Part shown: in pieces, positions 1-8,785 of the stretch
How the letters are laid out: the number at the start of each line of letters is the position of its first letter
Position numbering within the stretch: the stretch's first letter is position 1
Origin: a virus
Lineage: Duplodnaviria > Caudoviricetes
Virus record (IMG/VR): IMGVR_UViG_3300032753_000025
Coordinates: 1-62,160 of that record
DNA length: 62,160 nucleotides
Reading direction: 5' to 3' (one strand)
The notes under the pieces: generated by a model
Told to the model about the DNA's origin: nothing
The model's input: only the letters and a program-made list of their open reading frames with translations
Databases searched by the model: none
Position numbers and translations under genes: made by a program

Positions 1-254
1 CTCAATGCGGATGACATTGCCTTTGTCGTCTAGCTGACGGTCTGGCTTGCCTTCTTCAATCTCAACGAGGATGTCTTCTGCGGCACCAAGGCCCGCCTGG
101 GGCTCCTCCTGCGGCATGCGGATATTTGGATTAAGCCCCGGTGTCATAGGCATGATTAATCGCCTTGCTTCTCTACAAGCTTCCCAATCTCTTCAACGAA
201 ACGGTCAAGCCCCTCACGAGCCGCCAGATTATCAGATTTTGCGGCAATCTCATA
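1..254. repeat. Direct terminal overlap, copy 1 (matches 61907..62160); indicates a circular assembly
   Basis: Bases 1..254 equal 61907..62160 except T127 vs C62033. Confidence 0.95.
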
Positions 255-371
255 GACGCGCACATAGTCGTGGGGTTCTTTGCCCCAAACCTCTACGCGA
301 AACCTACTAAGTTCTTTTGATGCTGGCGCTGCCTTATGCAGCACGTCCACAATGGCGTTTGCTAAGATCAT
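156..371 (-). CDS. Small hypothetical protein between terminase and portal (MILANAIVDV..., 71 aa)
   Basis: AGAGA RBS upstream of ATG 371, just after the terL stop; its stop lies just before the portal ATG (153/62059). Confidence 0.7.
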   Translation of the reverse strand: MILANAIVDVLHKAAPASKELSRFRVEVWGKEPHDYVRVYEIAAKSDNLAAREGLDRFVEEIGKLVEKQGD

Positions 372-384
372 GTTTATCTCTTTG

Positions 385-2016
385 CTATACTGGATAGAGC
401 GGCTCCGGCGCAGAGCCAACATGCACTCTACTGTTGTCGACCTCCGCTGTCCATTCAACGCCACGCACGAGGAGCCCGATGTCGCGCAGATGCCGCAACG
501 CCATGCTAGTCGTGTCGACAAGATCGTCATGACGGCCTTTAGGAAACACGGCGACCTGGTCGATCACCATTTGCGCGAACTCTCTGTCTGGCGCGTAGAT
601 CAACCCATCAGAAAACAAATGCTGCACGCTGTAGAGACGCGCTAGTTTGTCCTGCCCCTTAGGATCCATCAGCTGGACACCGAAATCGTCGTAACCATAA
701 ACGCGTCGCAGCTCTTGCGCAACGCTATACCCGCTTGCCTTGTTCTCGACCAGAAGCTTGTCTACGCGCCAGTCATTCATTGTCTCGCGGACTTTCTCGA
801 CAAGCTCGTGGAGCTCTAGGCGTTCAGCCCAGGCGTAGATCAGCATACACTTTGGGTGCTCTTGCTTATACGTGCGCTCCAGTGACGCCATCATGCCGTC
901 AGGCGTGTAGGTCCGCGTGACTTGCGCAGTTTGGTCTCCTCCCGTCCATATGCCCCAAACCGTCATGGCGGACGGGTCGTTCTCTGTCTTGGTGGTGTAT
1001 GCCCCGTCCACTGCGGCGACAATGTAATCAAATGGCGGGTATGTCGGCTTGTCCCACATCTGCCACCACTCAGTCAGGATGACGCCACCGCCACGCGGCT
1101 GTGGTGCCTGGGCAAACTGACCCGCGGTGGCCCACTTTCCCATGATCTCTTCGTCGCGCTCGACGACGTCTATCGGGAAGCGGGCGGGAAATAAAAGCTC
1201 TCCTGGCCGTGACCGCGGGTCTTCCATGCCAAGCATCGTCGGCATGGCGCGCGACGGGTCGTAGCGCATGGGCAGCATGATGTGATCGTATGGCAGGCCA
1301 CGCTCAATGATGGTGGCACTGACGTCGTCCTCTGCCAGGCGCTGCATGATCACTATGATGGCCGATCGCTTTGGCGAAACGAGACGCGTGGGCACCGCCT
1401 CGCAGAACCACGTATTGACCGTGTCCTTGACTTGCTGCGACATGGCGTCAGAGACAGACAGCGGGTCGTCGATGATCACGCGGTCGGCACGAGCGCCAGT
1501 GATTGAGTTCGACGCGGAGCACTGCCTGAAGCCAAGGGCTGTATTTTCGTATTTGGTTTTTTGATTTTGATCACGCGTGAGCTCGACGTGAGGCCAGCGG
1601 TCTTTATACCAAGGATCCTCAATAAGCCGGCGCATACGCAAGCCGTCGCGCACTGCAAGCTCTTGGTTGTGGCTGGCGCAGATATAGCGCAAGTGAGGCA
1701 TGTTGCACGGCCCCCACTCCCACGCGGGCCAGAACACGTTAACGAGTAAGCTCTTCATCGTGCCTGGCGGAATGTTAATCAGCAGGCGATTGTAAAGCGA
1801 TCCGTCGTCCAGCTCTTCTTCGTTTGTGATTGCCTCTAAGTGAGCAGCCAAGAAGTCTATGTGCCAAGAGTGAACGTATTCAGCTCCAGGCTCGACCAGG
1901 TGCCACGACAGACGGATAAAGTTAACGAGATCCTTGCAGTCTTCGCGATCAAGCTCAATCAGCTGCCTGTCAATGTCGAGCGGGTTTGTGTAACCGACGT
2001 CAAGGATCGCGGCCAT
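385..2016 (-). CDS. terL: Terminase large subunit
   Basis: Walker A-like INIPPGTMKS, Walker B IIDDP, motif III MQRL, RNase H-like nuclease (VDGAY, ENDPSA, HDDLVD). Confidence 0.95.
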   Translation of the reverse strand: MAAILDVGYTNPLDIDRQLIELDREDCKDLVNFIRLSWHLVEPGAEYVHSWHIDFLAAHLEAITNEEELDDGSLYNRLLINIPPGTMKSLLVNVFWPAWEWGPCNMPHLRYICASHNQELAVRDGLRMRRLIEDPWYKDRWPHVELTRDQNQKTKYENTALGFRQCSASNSITGARADRVIIDDPLSVSDAMSQQVKDTVNTWFCEAVPTRLVSPKRSAIIVIMQRLAEDDVSATIIERGLPYDHIMLPMRYDPSRAMPTMLGMEDPRSRPGELLFPARFPIDVVERDEEIMGKWATAGQFAQAPQPRGGGVILTEWWQMWDKPTYPPFDYIVAAVDGAYTTKTENDPSAMTVWGIWTGGDQTAQVTRTYTPDGMMASLERTYKQEHPKCMLIYAWAERLELHELVEKVRETMNDWRVDKLLVENKASGYSVAQELRRVYGYDDFGVQLMDPKGQDKLARLYSVQHLFSDGLIYAPDREFAQMVIDQVAVFPKGRHDDLVDTTSMALRHLRDIGLLVRGVEWTAEVDNSRVHVGSAPEPLYPV

Positions 2017-2612
2017 TATTCCTCCAGGAAATAACTATCCGCGTCGCCTTCGTCGCCAAGCCATCCGTTAGGGAATGTATTAAACGCAATGTAAAGGCTT
2101 CCGTCGCCGGCAAGCGATCGATACGCCATGCGTGACGGGAATAGAAACAAGTAGCCGCTTTCTAATCCAATGTCGCACGTATTGACGTTTAGATCGCTTG
2201 GCGCATACGTCGGAATGTAAAGACCATCGCGCTGACGATCAGAGTTGAATTGCAAGACAGCATCTGCGTCAGCATGCAAATAAAATATGCCAGAAATAAA
2301 ACTATTAACTCTGAACATTGTGTGATCGTCATTACCGTGACGCGCCCACGACGTCGAAAGCTTTAAGCTTACGTCATTGCGCGGCTTCAGAACATTCTTG
2401 ACGTATAACGCAATCTGCTCTTCGACGAACGATCTGATGCCGCTTAGCTGATCGCTATCAAGGATATTGCACTCCCGATATTTTGCTGTATCAACCGCTG
2501 ATATTTCTTGCGGTTCGACATCACGCTGCATGCATGACGCGACGACGTGTTGCGGAAATAGCTTATACAAGCGTGCCCCCTCAAATATATCCATTTCAAT
2601 GTCCCGGACCAC
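2016..2612 (-). CDS. 2OG-Fe(II) oxygenase-like protein (TIGR02466-like), apparently degenerate
   Basis: LFP N-terminus, SW...NSFISGIFYL, G.LFLFPS and IAFN motifs; metal-binding His residues absent. Confidence 0.6.
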   Translation of the reverse strand: MVRDIEMDIFEGARLYKLFPQHVVASCMQRDVEPQEISAVDTAKYRECNILDSDQLSGIRSFVEEQIALYVKNVLKPRNDVSLKLSTSWARHGNDDHTMFRVNSFISGIFYLHADADAVLQFNSDRQRDGLYIPTYAPSDLNVNTCDIGLESGYLFLFPSRMAYRSLAGDGSLYIAFNTFPNGWLGDEGDADSYFLEE

Positions 2613-2856
2613 TAACCCAAAATGTATTACCAGTTCTGTCTGCAGACTGCATTATCTGATTTACGTTATAACTAATAGCATTAAACGCGTTTTGCGCGTG
2701 TTCTTCATTGGATAAGTGATTGCACAAGATGTAAGAGATCACGCTGCTCAAGACCGCGAGCTCATCGTCGCTTGGGCCAATGCGCTCTTCGAGCATAGCA
2801 ATGATATCGACCGTTGTTTCTGCCAACATCATTGTGCGCTCGTTTTCAGTCATCAC
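2596..2856 (-). CDS. Hypothetical protein
   Basis: ORF coupled to the terS stop. Confidence 0.6.
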   Translation of the reverse strand: MMTENERTMMLAETTVDIIAMLEERIGPSDDELAVLSSVISYILCNHLSNEEHAQNAFNAISYNVNQIMQSADRTGNTFWVSGPGH

Positions 2857-3308
2857 TTCGCCTCTTTAGCGGCAATCAAAATTTCTCTTAATGCATTGCG
2901 CTGCTCAGGCGTCAGCGTCTTTGCGTCAAGGACATGAGACTGCACTTGCACTGGTCCGCCATTAGCGCCAGTGACCGCTGTCTCTTTGCGTTCAGTGTAA
3001 TCTTCGCGGAAGCGCGCTTGTGCGGATTTGATCCAAAGATTTGCGTTAAACTCGCGAGACCTTAAATTTTCGCGCGCCTGATCTTCCCACCATTGCTGTT
3101 CTAAAACCTTTGCGCGTGTTAAAGCTGTGGAAAATTCTTCGTGGGCGGCGGCCCAATCATACAGCGTCGCTCTATCAATTTCAAAAGTAGCCGCATAGCT
3201 TGCCCAGCCCTTTCCTTGCTTGGCCATTTCAATAACAGCCTCGCAATACTCAGGCTTGTATTTGCTTGGCCTCCCGACTGGCCGCTTCTGTTTTACTTCC
3301 TTACCCAT
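2853..3308 (-). CDS. terS: Terminase small subunit (P22 gp3-like)
   Basis: GRPSKYKPEY N-terminus, HTH (ATLYDWAAAHEEF), C-terminal TGANGGPV; upstream of terL. Confidence 0.85.
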   Translation of the reverse strand: MGKEVKQKRPVGRPSKYKPEYCEAVIEMAKQGKGWASYAATFEIDRATLYDWAAAHEEFSTALTRAKVLEQQWWEDQARENLRSREFNANLWIKSAQARFREDYTERKETAVTGANGGPVQVQSHVLDAKTLTPEQRNALREILIAAKEAK

Positions 3309-3362
3309 AACTCAACCCACAATATGATGACCAGGACATGATATCACATACTGGCCTGTTTG

Positions 3363-3671
3363 TCAGAACTGCTCTTCTGCGTAACCATCAGGCTTATTTA
3401 TTTTAGATATAGCCTTTACCGCGGCTTCTCCCAAGGGGGTGCCCGCCAACATCCCCAGAGCATCCATGTAAGCTGCGAGCACGGCCTGCTCTTCAGCCCT
3501 TTTCTTAGCGTCTTGCTTGCGAAGAGATACAAGCTTCTTGATGATCTTAGGATCAAAGCCACTACCTTTTGCTTCACTGTAAACCTCTTTGATGTCCTCA
3601 GCGATTATTGTCTTCTCATCTTCAAGCTTTTCGATACGCTCAACAAGAGCCTTCAGCTGATTGTTTGTCAC
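3363..3671 (-). CDS. gapR: GapR-like nucleoid-associated protein (DUF2312/UPF0335)
   Basis: QLKALVERIEKLEDEK..IAEDIKEVYSEAKGSGFDPKIIKKLVSLRK..YMDALGM signature. Confidence 0.92.
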   Translation of the reverse strand: MTNNQLKALVERIEKLEDEKTIIAEDIKEVYSEAKGSGFDPKIIKKLVSLRKQDAKKRAEEQAVLAAYMDALGMLAGTPLGEAAVKAISKINKPDGYAEEQF

Positions 3672-3777
3672 TTATGCCTCCATTTCGATACGAATACATT
3701 CAGGCGCTTGCACCATCAATACGACTGCCGGCCATGTCAAGCACTAATATTTTTTTGCAATGTCAGAAAAAAGCCTA

Positions 3778-3806
3778 TTGACAGTAGAAGTAACTTCCTG
3801 TAGCTT
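3778..3806 (+). promoter_or_regulatory. Sigma70-like early promoter P1 with operator in the spacer
   Basis: TTGACA-17nt-TAGCTT; spacer contains GAAGTAACTTC. Confidence 0.75.
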
Positions 3807-3838
3807 CTGATTATTGAGATTGATATGGAGATACTGAA

Positions 3839-4030
3839 ATGTGGAAACAAAACCCAGACCTGATGGCCCGCCTGACATCAGCGCAAAACCACGAAGCTAA
3901 CATCAATCAGGACATCATGACATTTGTCGCTTTTTTCAACACTCGCGAAGAGCTTCTCCGTCATGTTGAGCATTACGAAGACCGTGCCGCTAATTATGTT
4001 GCTCCCAAGCGTCGGAGGCGGGCTGCATAA
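3839..4030 (+). CDS. Early hypothetical protein
   Basis: GGAGA RBS; first gene after P1. Confidence 0.75.
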   Translation: MWKQNPDLMARLTSAQNHEANINQDIMTFVAFFNTREELLRHVEHYEDRAANYVAPKRRRRAA

Positions 4031-4070
4031 GCCCGCTACTTTTTACTCGCTTATATTGATATGGAGATGA

Positions 4071-4247
4071 ATGATGAAGCTGTTAGTTGAGACTGAACTA
4101 TTTGACAATGACCCATCAGCGACCTGGGATTACTTAAACAACGAGGGCCGTTTACTGCGCGGCGCTTGGTTTAGCTATCACTTGGATTGCTGGTGCGCTG
4201 AAATTGACGAAAGAGGCGCTGTTACGAAAAGCCCACTTGAATATTGA
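4071..4247 (+). CDS. Early hypothetical protein (58 aa, MMKLLVETEL...), not in the ORF track
   Basis: GGAGA RBS at 4063; open frame to TGA 4247. Confidence 0.65.
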   Translation: MMKLLVETELFDNDPSATWDYLNNEGRLLRGAWFSYHLDCWCAEIDERGAVTKSPLEY

Positions 4248-4260
4248 TATGGAGATGAAA

Positions 4261-4839
4261 ATGGAACTCGATCTTAAGCTCGTTAAAGCTGCCGCTATGT
4301 GTGCCTCAAAGGAGGAGACGCGCTACTACCTTAAAGGAGTAGCCATCCAGGCTTCTGCCAAGGGCGTGTTTATTGTGGCCACCGACGGACACCGTCTCTT
4401 GGCGCTGCGTCAGCTGCAGCCATACGACGGCCAGTCGTTCAATATCATTATACCTCTGGATATCATTGCCAAGATCAAGCTGAACAAGAAAGATCCCTTG
4501 GCGACGCTAAAGCCAGGAGATGAGTTATTCAACCAATGGTCTATAACTCACGACGGCTCTACAATTACATTTAGTGTGATAGACGGCACCTTCCCTGACT
4601 GGCAGCGCATTATCCCGAAAGAAGTCGACGGCAAAACCGCCCAGTTCAATATGACCTACCTGGGTGACTTCGCTAAAGTGGCCAAGGCGCTCACTGGCTC
4701 TGAGACGCATGTATCTATTGCCCACAATGGCGACGGCCCGGCGCTCTTGTCATTTGGTGATGAGGTAGATGGCCTTGGTGTTCTGATGCCATTTAGAAGA
4801 GCAATTCAAGTGAAAACTCCAGACTGGGTGACGGCATGA
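4261..4839 (+). CDS. DNA polymerase III beta-clamp-like protein (two-domain)
   Basis: ASKEETRYYLKGV, VATDGHRL, IDGTFPDWQRIIP and GVLMP motifs of DnaN domains 2-3. Confidence 0.85.
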   Translation: MELDLKLVKAAAMCASKEETRYYLKGVAIQASAKGVFIVATDGHRLLALRQLQPYDGQSFNIIIPLDIIAKIKLNKKDPLATLKPGDELFNQWSITHDGSTITFSVIDGTFPDWQRIIPKEVDGKTAQFNMTYLGDFAKVAKALTGSETHVSIAHNGDGPALLSFGDEVDGLGVLMPFRRAIQVKTPDWVTA

Positions 4840-5102
4840 AGCTTATAACCTTTATGAGAATGCTCGTGGACTATGAAAAGATTGGCTACGAGATCACCAG
4901 CAACAGGGAAGTCATCGTTGTTTACGGAGAGAAGGGGAAACTGGTGATCCCCTTCGCTGACATCTACAGCTGGAAAACAGGAGAGCTCAGGCGCAAAATC
5001 AGAGAACTTAAACCAAAGCAGAAATCAGACGGAGACCATTATGACGCAGGAGGAGAATATACTGACGGATCACCTGAAGGAAGTCAGGTACAAGTCAATT
5101 GA
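4836..5102 (+). CDS. Hypothetical protein
   Basis: ATGA-coupled ORF. Confidence 0.6.
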   Translation: MKLITFMRMLVDYEKIGYEITSNREVIVVYGEKGKLVIPFADIYSWKTGELRRKIRELKPKQKSDGDHYDAGGEYTDGSPEGSQVQVN

Positions 5103-5235
5103 TTTGATACGCAAGGCGGCTAACGATCTGTGGTCTGACCCAGACAACCCAACGCACTGCCGGCAGATACATGACTGCCTGCAGTCTTATATGGAAGCTC
5201 AATTACTGCTGAACCCTAACTTTTTTGGAGATTGA
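5041..5235 (+). CDS. Hypothetical protein
   Basis: GGAGA RBS; stop lies inside the next GGAGATTGA element. Confidence 0.65.
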   Translation: MTQEENILTDHLKEVRYKSIDLIRKAANDLWSDPDNPTHCRQIHDCLQSYMEAQLLLNPNFFGD

Positions 5236-5236
5236 T

Positions 5237-5461
5237 ATGGCTATTCTAGATAACGGCACACTGACCTCCGTCGAGTATCAAAACAAGCTTGACAGCGAGG
5301 GATACCGCAACATTGTTGAGAGGGCGGACAGACTGAAGTGGGACACTGAATACCGCGAGGAATACAAGCGCAAGTCCATGTTCGCTCAAGCCAGGCGGCG
5401 GGCGGCTGAAAAGCCAGTCAGTCTGCCAAAATTAAATTGGCTAGATAAAAATAAAGATTGA
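5237..5461 (+). CDS. Hypothetical protein ending VSLPKLNWL
   Basis: GGAGATTGAT-ATG start. Confidence 0.7.
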   Translation: MAILDNGTLTSVEYQNKLDSEGYRNIVERADRLKWDTEYREEYKRKSMFAQARRRAAEKPVSLPKLNWLDKNKD

Positions 5462-5486
5462 CAAGTAGAAGTAACTTCTATACCAA
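5458..5486 (+). promoter_or_regulatory. Sigma70-like promoter P2 with operator
   Basis: TTGACA-17nt-TACCAA; spacer contains TAGAAGTAACTTCTA. Confidence 0.7.
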
Positions 5487-5529
5487 TCAAAGGGCGCTAC
5501 GGCGTCCTTTAGATTTTATGGAGATTGAT

Positions 5530-7050
5530 ATGGCCTTTATCCCTTCACCACAACAAGCTGCCTTCCTAGACTGGGTTGAGACCGGCAAAGGCTCTTGCGT
5601 TCTTGAGGCTGTCGCTGGCGCTGGCAAGACCACCACACTGATCGAGGCTGTCGAGCGCACTGACAAGCCAGTCGCTATCCTTGCCTACAACCGCAAAATT
5701 GCTGATGAGATCAAAGGCAAGCTCAAGGCGCGCAAGATTGACTGGCAGAAAGCCAATGCCAATACGGTTCACGGCTTTGGCCTTGGCGCATACAAAAAAT
5801 CATTCCCAGGCGTCCGCGTCGACGGCAACAAGGTCACAGACATCCTGGTGTCTATGGGCAAGTCAGCTCACCCAGAGCATGCCGTCCGCTTGTTTTCTTC
5901 AATCGTGGCTAACCTTGTGTCTCTGGCTAAGCAGCGCGCCCTGGGTGTCTTTGGCTCTATTGACGACACCTCCCAGTGGTATGAGATTGCCGAGCACTTT
6001 GACATCCTGGCCAATGAAAAGACCGACAAGGCTGAGAAGCGCTTAGGCGATATTGTTGCCACGGCCATTGAGGTCCTCAAGAATTCTAACAGCACCACGT
6101 CGATCGTTGACTTCGACGACATGGTCTACCTGCCTGTTTTCCTGAAGCTGCGTTTCTGGACGTATCCCTGGGTGTTTGTTGACGAAGCCCAGGACACGAA
6201 CCCAGCGCGTCGCGCTTTGGTTAAGGCTTTGCTTGCGCCAGGCGGTCGGGTTGTGGCCGTTGGCGATCGTCGTCAGGCGATCTACGGCTTCACTGGCGCT
6301 GACGCTGACGCTCTTGACCTGATCAAGGCAGACTTCAATGCGGTCGACATGCCGCTCACAGTGACCTACCGCTGCCCTAAGCAAGTGGTCAGGGTGGCTC
6401 ACCAGTGGGTTAATCACATTGAGGCCCACGACAGCGCCCCTGAAGGATCTTACAGCGTTATTGACCGCGCTGACGTATTTGGCCGCAATGACCTGGATGG
6501 CTCCGCGGCTATTTTGTGCCGCAACACCAAGCCTCTTGTCTCCTTAGCCTTCGAGCTCATCCGCGCCCGTGTCGCCTGCAAGGTAGAGGGCAGAGACATT
6601 GGCAAGGGCCTGATCAACCTGGCCACCAAGTGGAAGACAGCCAAGACGCTGCACGGCCTTGAGACACGCGTCACCAATTGGTCGGAGGCTCAGATCGTCC
6701 GCGCTAAGGCCAAGGGCAATGGCGCACTGGCTCAGCAGATCAAGGACCAGGCTGACACGATCATGGTTATCACTGGCGAATGCCGCAGGGCTGGCAACGA
6801 CAGCATTGAGGCAGTGGTGGACAGCATCCAGTCTTTGTTCGAGGACAATGTCAGCAACATGCTGACGCTCAGCACCATCCACAAGGCAAAGGGCCGCGAG
6901 TGGGAGACGGTTTACTGGCTTGACCGTGAAGGCACACTGCCTAGCCCCTACGCTACGCAGAAGTGGCAGCAGGACCAGGAAGACAATCTTTGCTACGTGG
7001 CGGCAACAAGAGCCAAGTCTTCACTGATCGAAGTCATGGTCCCCCAATAA
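5530..7050 (+). CDS. Superfamily 1 (UvrD/Rep-like) helicase
   Basis: AVAGAGKTTT, VDEAQD, VGD..QAIYGFTGA, TYRCP, STIHKAKGRE and YVAATRA motifs. Confidence 0.95.
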   Translation: MAFIPSPQQAAFLDWVETGKGSCVLEAVAGAGKTTTLIEAVERTDKPVAILAYNRKIADEIKGKLKARKIDWQKANANTVHGFGLGAYKKSFPGVRVDGNKVTDILVSMGKSAHPEHAVRLFSSIVANLVSLAKQRALGVFGSIDDTSQWYEIAEHFDILANEKTDKAEKRLGDIVATAIEVLKNSNSTTSIVDFDDMVYLPVFLKLRFWTYPWVFVDEAQDTNPARRALVKALLAPGGRVVAVGDRRQAIYGFTGADADALDLIKADFNAVDMPLTVTYRCPKQVVRVAHQWVNHIEAHDSAPEGSYSVIDRADVFGRNDLDGSAAILCRNTKPLVSLAFELIRARVACKVEGRDIGKGLINLATKWKTAKTLHGLETRVTNWSEAQIVRAKAKGNGALAQQIKDQADTIMVITGECRRAGNDSIEAVVDSIQSLFEDNVSNMLTLSTIHKAKGREWETVYWLDREGTLPSPYATQKWQQDQEDNLCYVAATRAKSSLIEVMVPQ

Positions 7051-7070
7051 GGGGGGCCAAAATATTTTTT
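7038..7070 (+). terminator. Putative intrinsic terminator after the helicase
   Basis: GGTCCCCC-AATAA-GGGGGGCC hairpin followed by an A/T tract. Confidence 0.45.
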
Positions 7071-7090
7071 AAAAAAACGCACTAAGTGTA

Positions 7091-7119
7091 TTGACATAGG
7101 AAGTTACTTCCTATACCTT
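7091..7119 (+). promoter_or_regulatory. Sigma70-like promoter P3 with perfect palindromic operator
   Basis: TTGACA-17nt-TACCTT; ATAGGAAGT-T-ACTTCCTAT at 7096..7114. Confidence 0.8.
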
Positions 7120-7154
7120 CAAATCATCGAAACACACATTGTATGGAGATTGAT

Positions 7155-7451
7155 ATGACAAACCTCAACATCCTCGCTGACCGTTACGCTCAAGCCAAGG
7201 TTATCGCTGACAAGGCAGCCAAAGACCTGGAGAAGATCAAGGAAGAGATCTACGCGCTCGTTAACCAGGACCCATCCCTCGACGCTATTGTTGGCCTGCA
7301 CTTCACGGTCAACATCACCAAGGCTCCACGCTCTAGCGTCAGCGCTACGCTGGTCAAGGAGCTGCTCAGCCCTGAGGATGTCGCGCTGGTCACGGAGACC
7401 AAAGTCATCACCACCCTGCGCGTCAAGGCGTCTTTAGCCGACGCGGCATAA
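7155..7451 (+). CDS. Early hypothetical protein
   Basis: GGAGATTGAT-ATG start after P3. Confidence 0.75.
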   Translation: MTNLNILADRYAQAKVIADKAAKDLEKIKEEIYALVNQDPSLDAIVGLHFTVNITKAPRSSVSATLVKELLSPEDVALVTETKVITTLRVKASLADAA

Positions 7452-7503
7452 GGTCGAAACGGGGTCCGCCCCGTCTGTCCGTCACGCGGGCACTGATGAG
7501 ACC
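7452..7503 (+). ncRNA. Hammerhead ribozyme, type II
   Basis: GGTC-GAAA-CGGGG(TCCG)CCCCG-TC|TGTCCG(TCACG)CGGGCA-CTGATGA-GACC: full catalytic core and three paired stems, intergenic. Confidence 0.92.
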
Positions 7504-7516
7504 AATGGAGATTGAC

Positions 7517-7681
7517 ATGCGCGTATATCCAGAATTTCGTCTGCAGCTCATGTATAACAACAAATGGCTTGTCATCACCCACGCCTGGGACGTCAAGTCC
7601 ATTGCGTTTCAGGTGGAAGTATACAGAAAAAATAACCAGATCTTTAGAGTTCAGCGTTTAGTCAATGGTCAGTATAAATAA
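7517..7681 (+). CDS. Hypothetical protein
   Basis: GGAGATTGAC-ATG start directly after the ribozyme. Confidence 0.7.
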   Translation: MRVYPEFRLQLMYNNKWLVITHAWDVKSIAFQVEVYRKNNQIFRVQRLVNGQYK

Positions 7682-7692
7682 TGGAGATTGAT

Positions 7693-7986
7693 ATGTCAGA
7701 CAATAAATACAACGGCTGGACAAACTACGCGACGTGGCGCGTTAACCTTGAGCTGTTCGACAGCTTTGATCCTTACGAAATACTTGGGCGTTCATTAGAT
7801 GATGACGCTTACAATATTGGGTTGTGCCTAAAAGAATACGCGGAAGAAATTATCTTATCTGGATGCGGAGACGGAGGACTGAACCAACAAAATTTAGCAG
7901 CTGAATACGCCTTGGCTTTTATTAGCCAAGTTAATTGGACAGAAATAGCTGAGCACAAAATTGACGAATATTCTGACAGAGACTGA
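7693..7986 (+). CDS. Phage hypothetical protein (YNGWTNYATW family)
   Basis: YNGWTNYATWRVNL...VNWTEIA motif, which I recall from phage early regions. Confidence 0.8.
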   Translation: MSDNKYNGWTNYATWRVNLELFDSFDPYEILGRSLDDDAYNIGLCLKEYAEEIILSGCGDGGLNQQNLAAEYALAFISQVNWTEIAEHKIDEYSDRD

Positions 7987-7997
7987 TGGAGATTGAC

Positions 7998-8252
7998 ATG
8001 ACAAATATAGATACAAGTGACGTAGACGTATTGGTTCACGCTGAGGGCTTTGCAACCATTTGGATGTTCGAACCAGTGTCAGACGCAGCCAAAGAGTTCT
8101 TTGAGAATGAGATAGAAGTAGATGAGTGGGCGCATATGAGAAACGGAATTGCAGTCGACCACCGTCCGGCTCAGCAATTGGCTACGTATCTCTACCACAA
8201 TGGCTTCAAGATCCTTAACCCACGCTACGGATTTTTTGTCGGAGACAACTGA
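7998..8252 (+). CDS. Hypothetical protein
   Basis: GGAGATTGAC-ATG start. Confidence 0.7.
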   Translation: MTNIDTSDVDVLVHAEGFATIWMFEPVSDAAKEFFENEIEVDEWAHMRNGIAVDHRPAQQLATYLYHNGFKILNPRYGFFVGDN

Positions 8253-8356
8253 TGTGCGAGACGCTTGCCACAATTGTAGTAGCGTTATCGTTCTTAGTGG
8301 GCGGTGTATTAAGCGCCGCCCTGGTTGTCTGGTTCATGACTAAATACGGAGACTGA
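8252..8356 (+). CDS. Single-TM micropeptide (MCETLATIVVALSFLVGGVLSAALVVWFMTKYGD)
   Basis: TGATG coupling, GGAGA RBS, hydrophobic core. Confidence 0.6.
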   Translation: MCETLATIVVALSFLVGGVLSAALVVWFMTKYGD

Positions 8357-8357
8357 T

Positions 8358-8552
8358 ATGTGCAGCGTGTCGCTAGAACCTTGCTGGGAGGTTAACCCAA
8401 ATCTTTGGAAAGAGTTTTGCAAGCTTACGCGTCGTGATCCAACTTACACCTCCCCCAATTGGACAGAGCTTGACGTCCACAACTATCTACAGGCAAAGCG
8501 GGAGGGACACGAACAAGCAAAACCAGAAGTGAGAAGGCTATGTCCCCTCTAG
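8358..8552 (+). CDS. Hypothetical protein
   Basis: GGAGACTGAT-ATG start. Confidence 0.6.
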   Translation: MCSVSLEPCWEVNPNLWKEFCKLTRRDPTYTSPNWTELDVHNYLQAKREGHEQAKPEVRRLCPL

Positions 8553-8776
8553 AGCTCAAACAAGCAATGGCGGCCCAAGGTCTGTCAAATAATGACTTGG
8601 CTACCATTACAGGCAAGACACCGCGTCAGGTTACTTCCTGGCTTTCCGCGACGCACCCAGTGCCACGCCTTGTGGCCATTGTCATGCACGGCTTGAGGGA
8701 AGGCGCAATTGACAGAGGCTGGCTGCTTGAGGTGGTGTGCCACGAATTGAGACAAGAGGCTGACGCAACTATTTAG
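8540..8776 (+). CDS. XRE/Cro-like HTH DNA-binding protein
   Basis: LKQAMAAQGLSNNDLATITGKTPRQVTSWLSATHPVP HTH pattern. Confidence 0.75.
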   Translation: MSPLELKQAMAAQGLSNNDLATITGKTPRQVTSWLSATHPVPRLVAIVMHGLREGAIDRGWLLEVVCHELRQEADATI

Positions 8777-8785
8777 GAGATTGAT

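Noticed and set aside
1-254. 254-bp terminal repeat as a physical T7-like terminal repeat
   Set aside because: It cuts through the portal gene, and its length (2x127) with a single SNP at position 127 fits a k=127 assembly overlap around a variant. It shows circularity only.
3786-3799. Operator as a host LexA or CtrA box
   Set aside because: It does not match alphaproteobacterial LexA (GTTC-N7-GTTC) or CtrA (TTAA-N7-TTAA).
5702-5708. Second CTGATGA as another hammerhead
   Set aside because: It lies inside the helicase CDS and lacks the matching stems and GAAA.
5225-8000. Shared 'MEIDM' N-terminal peptide on several ORFs
   Set aside because: It is the translated RBS cassette; the SD spacing favours the downstream ATG as the start.
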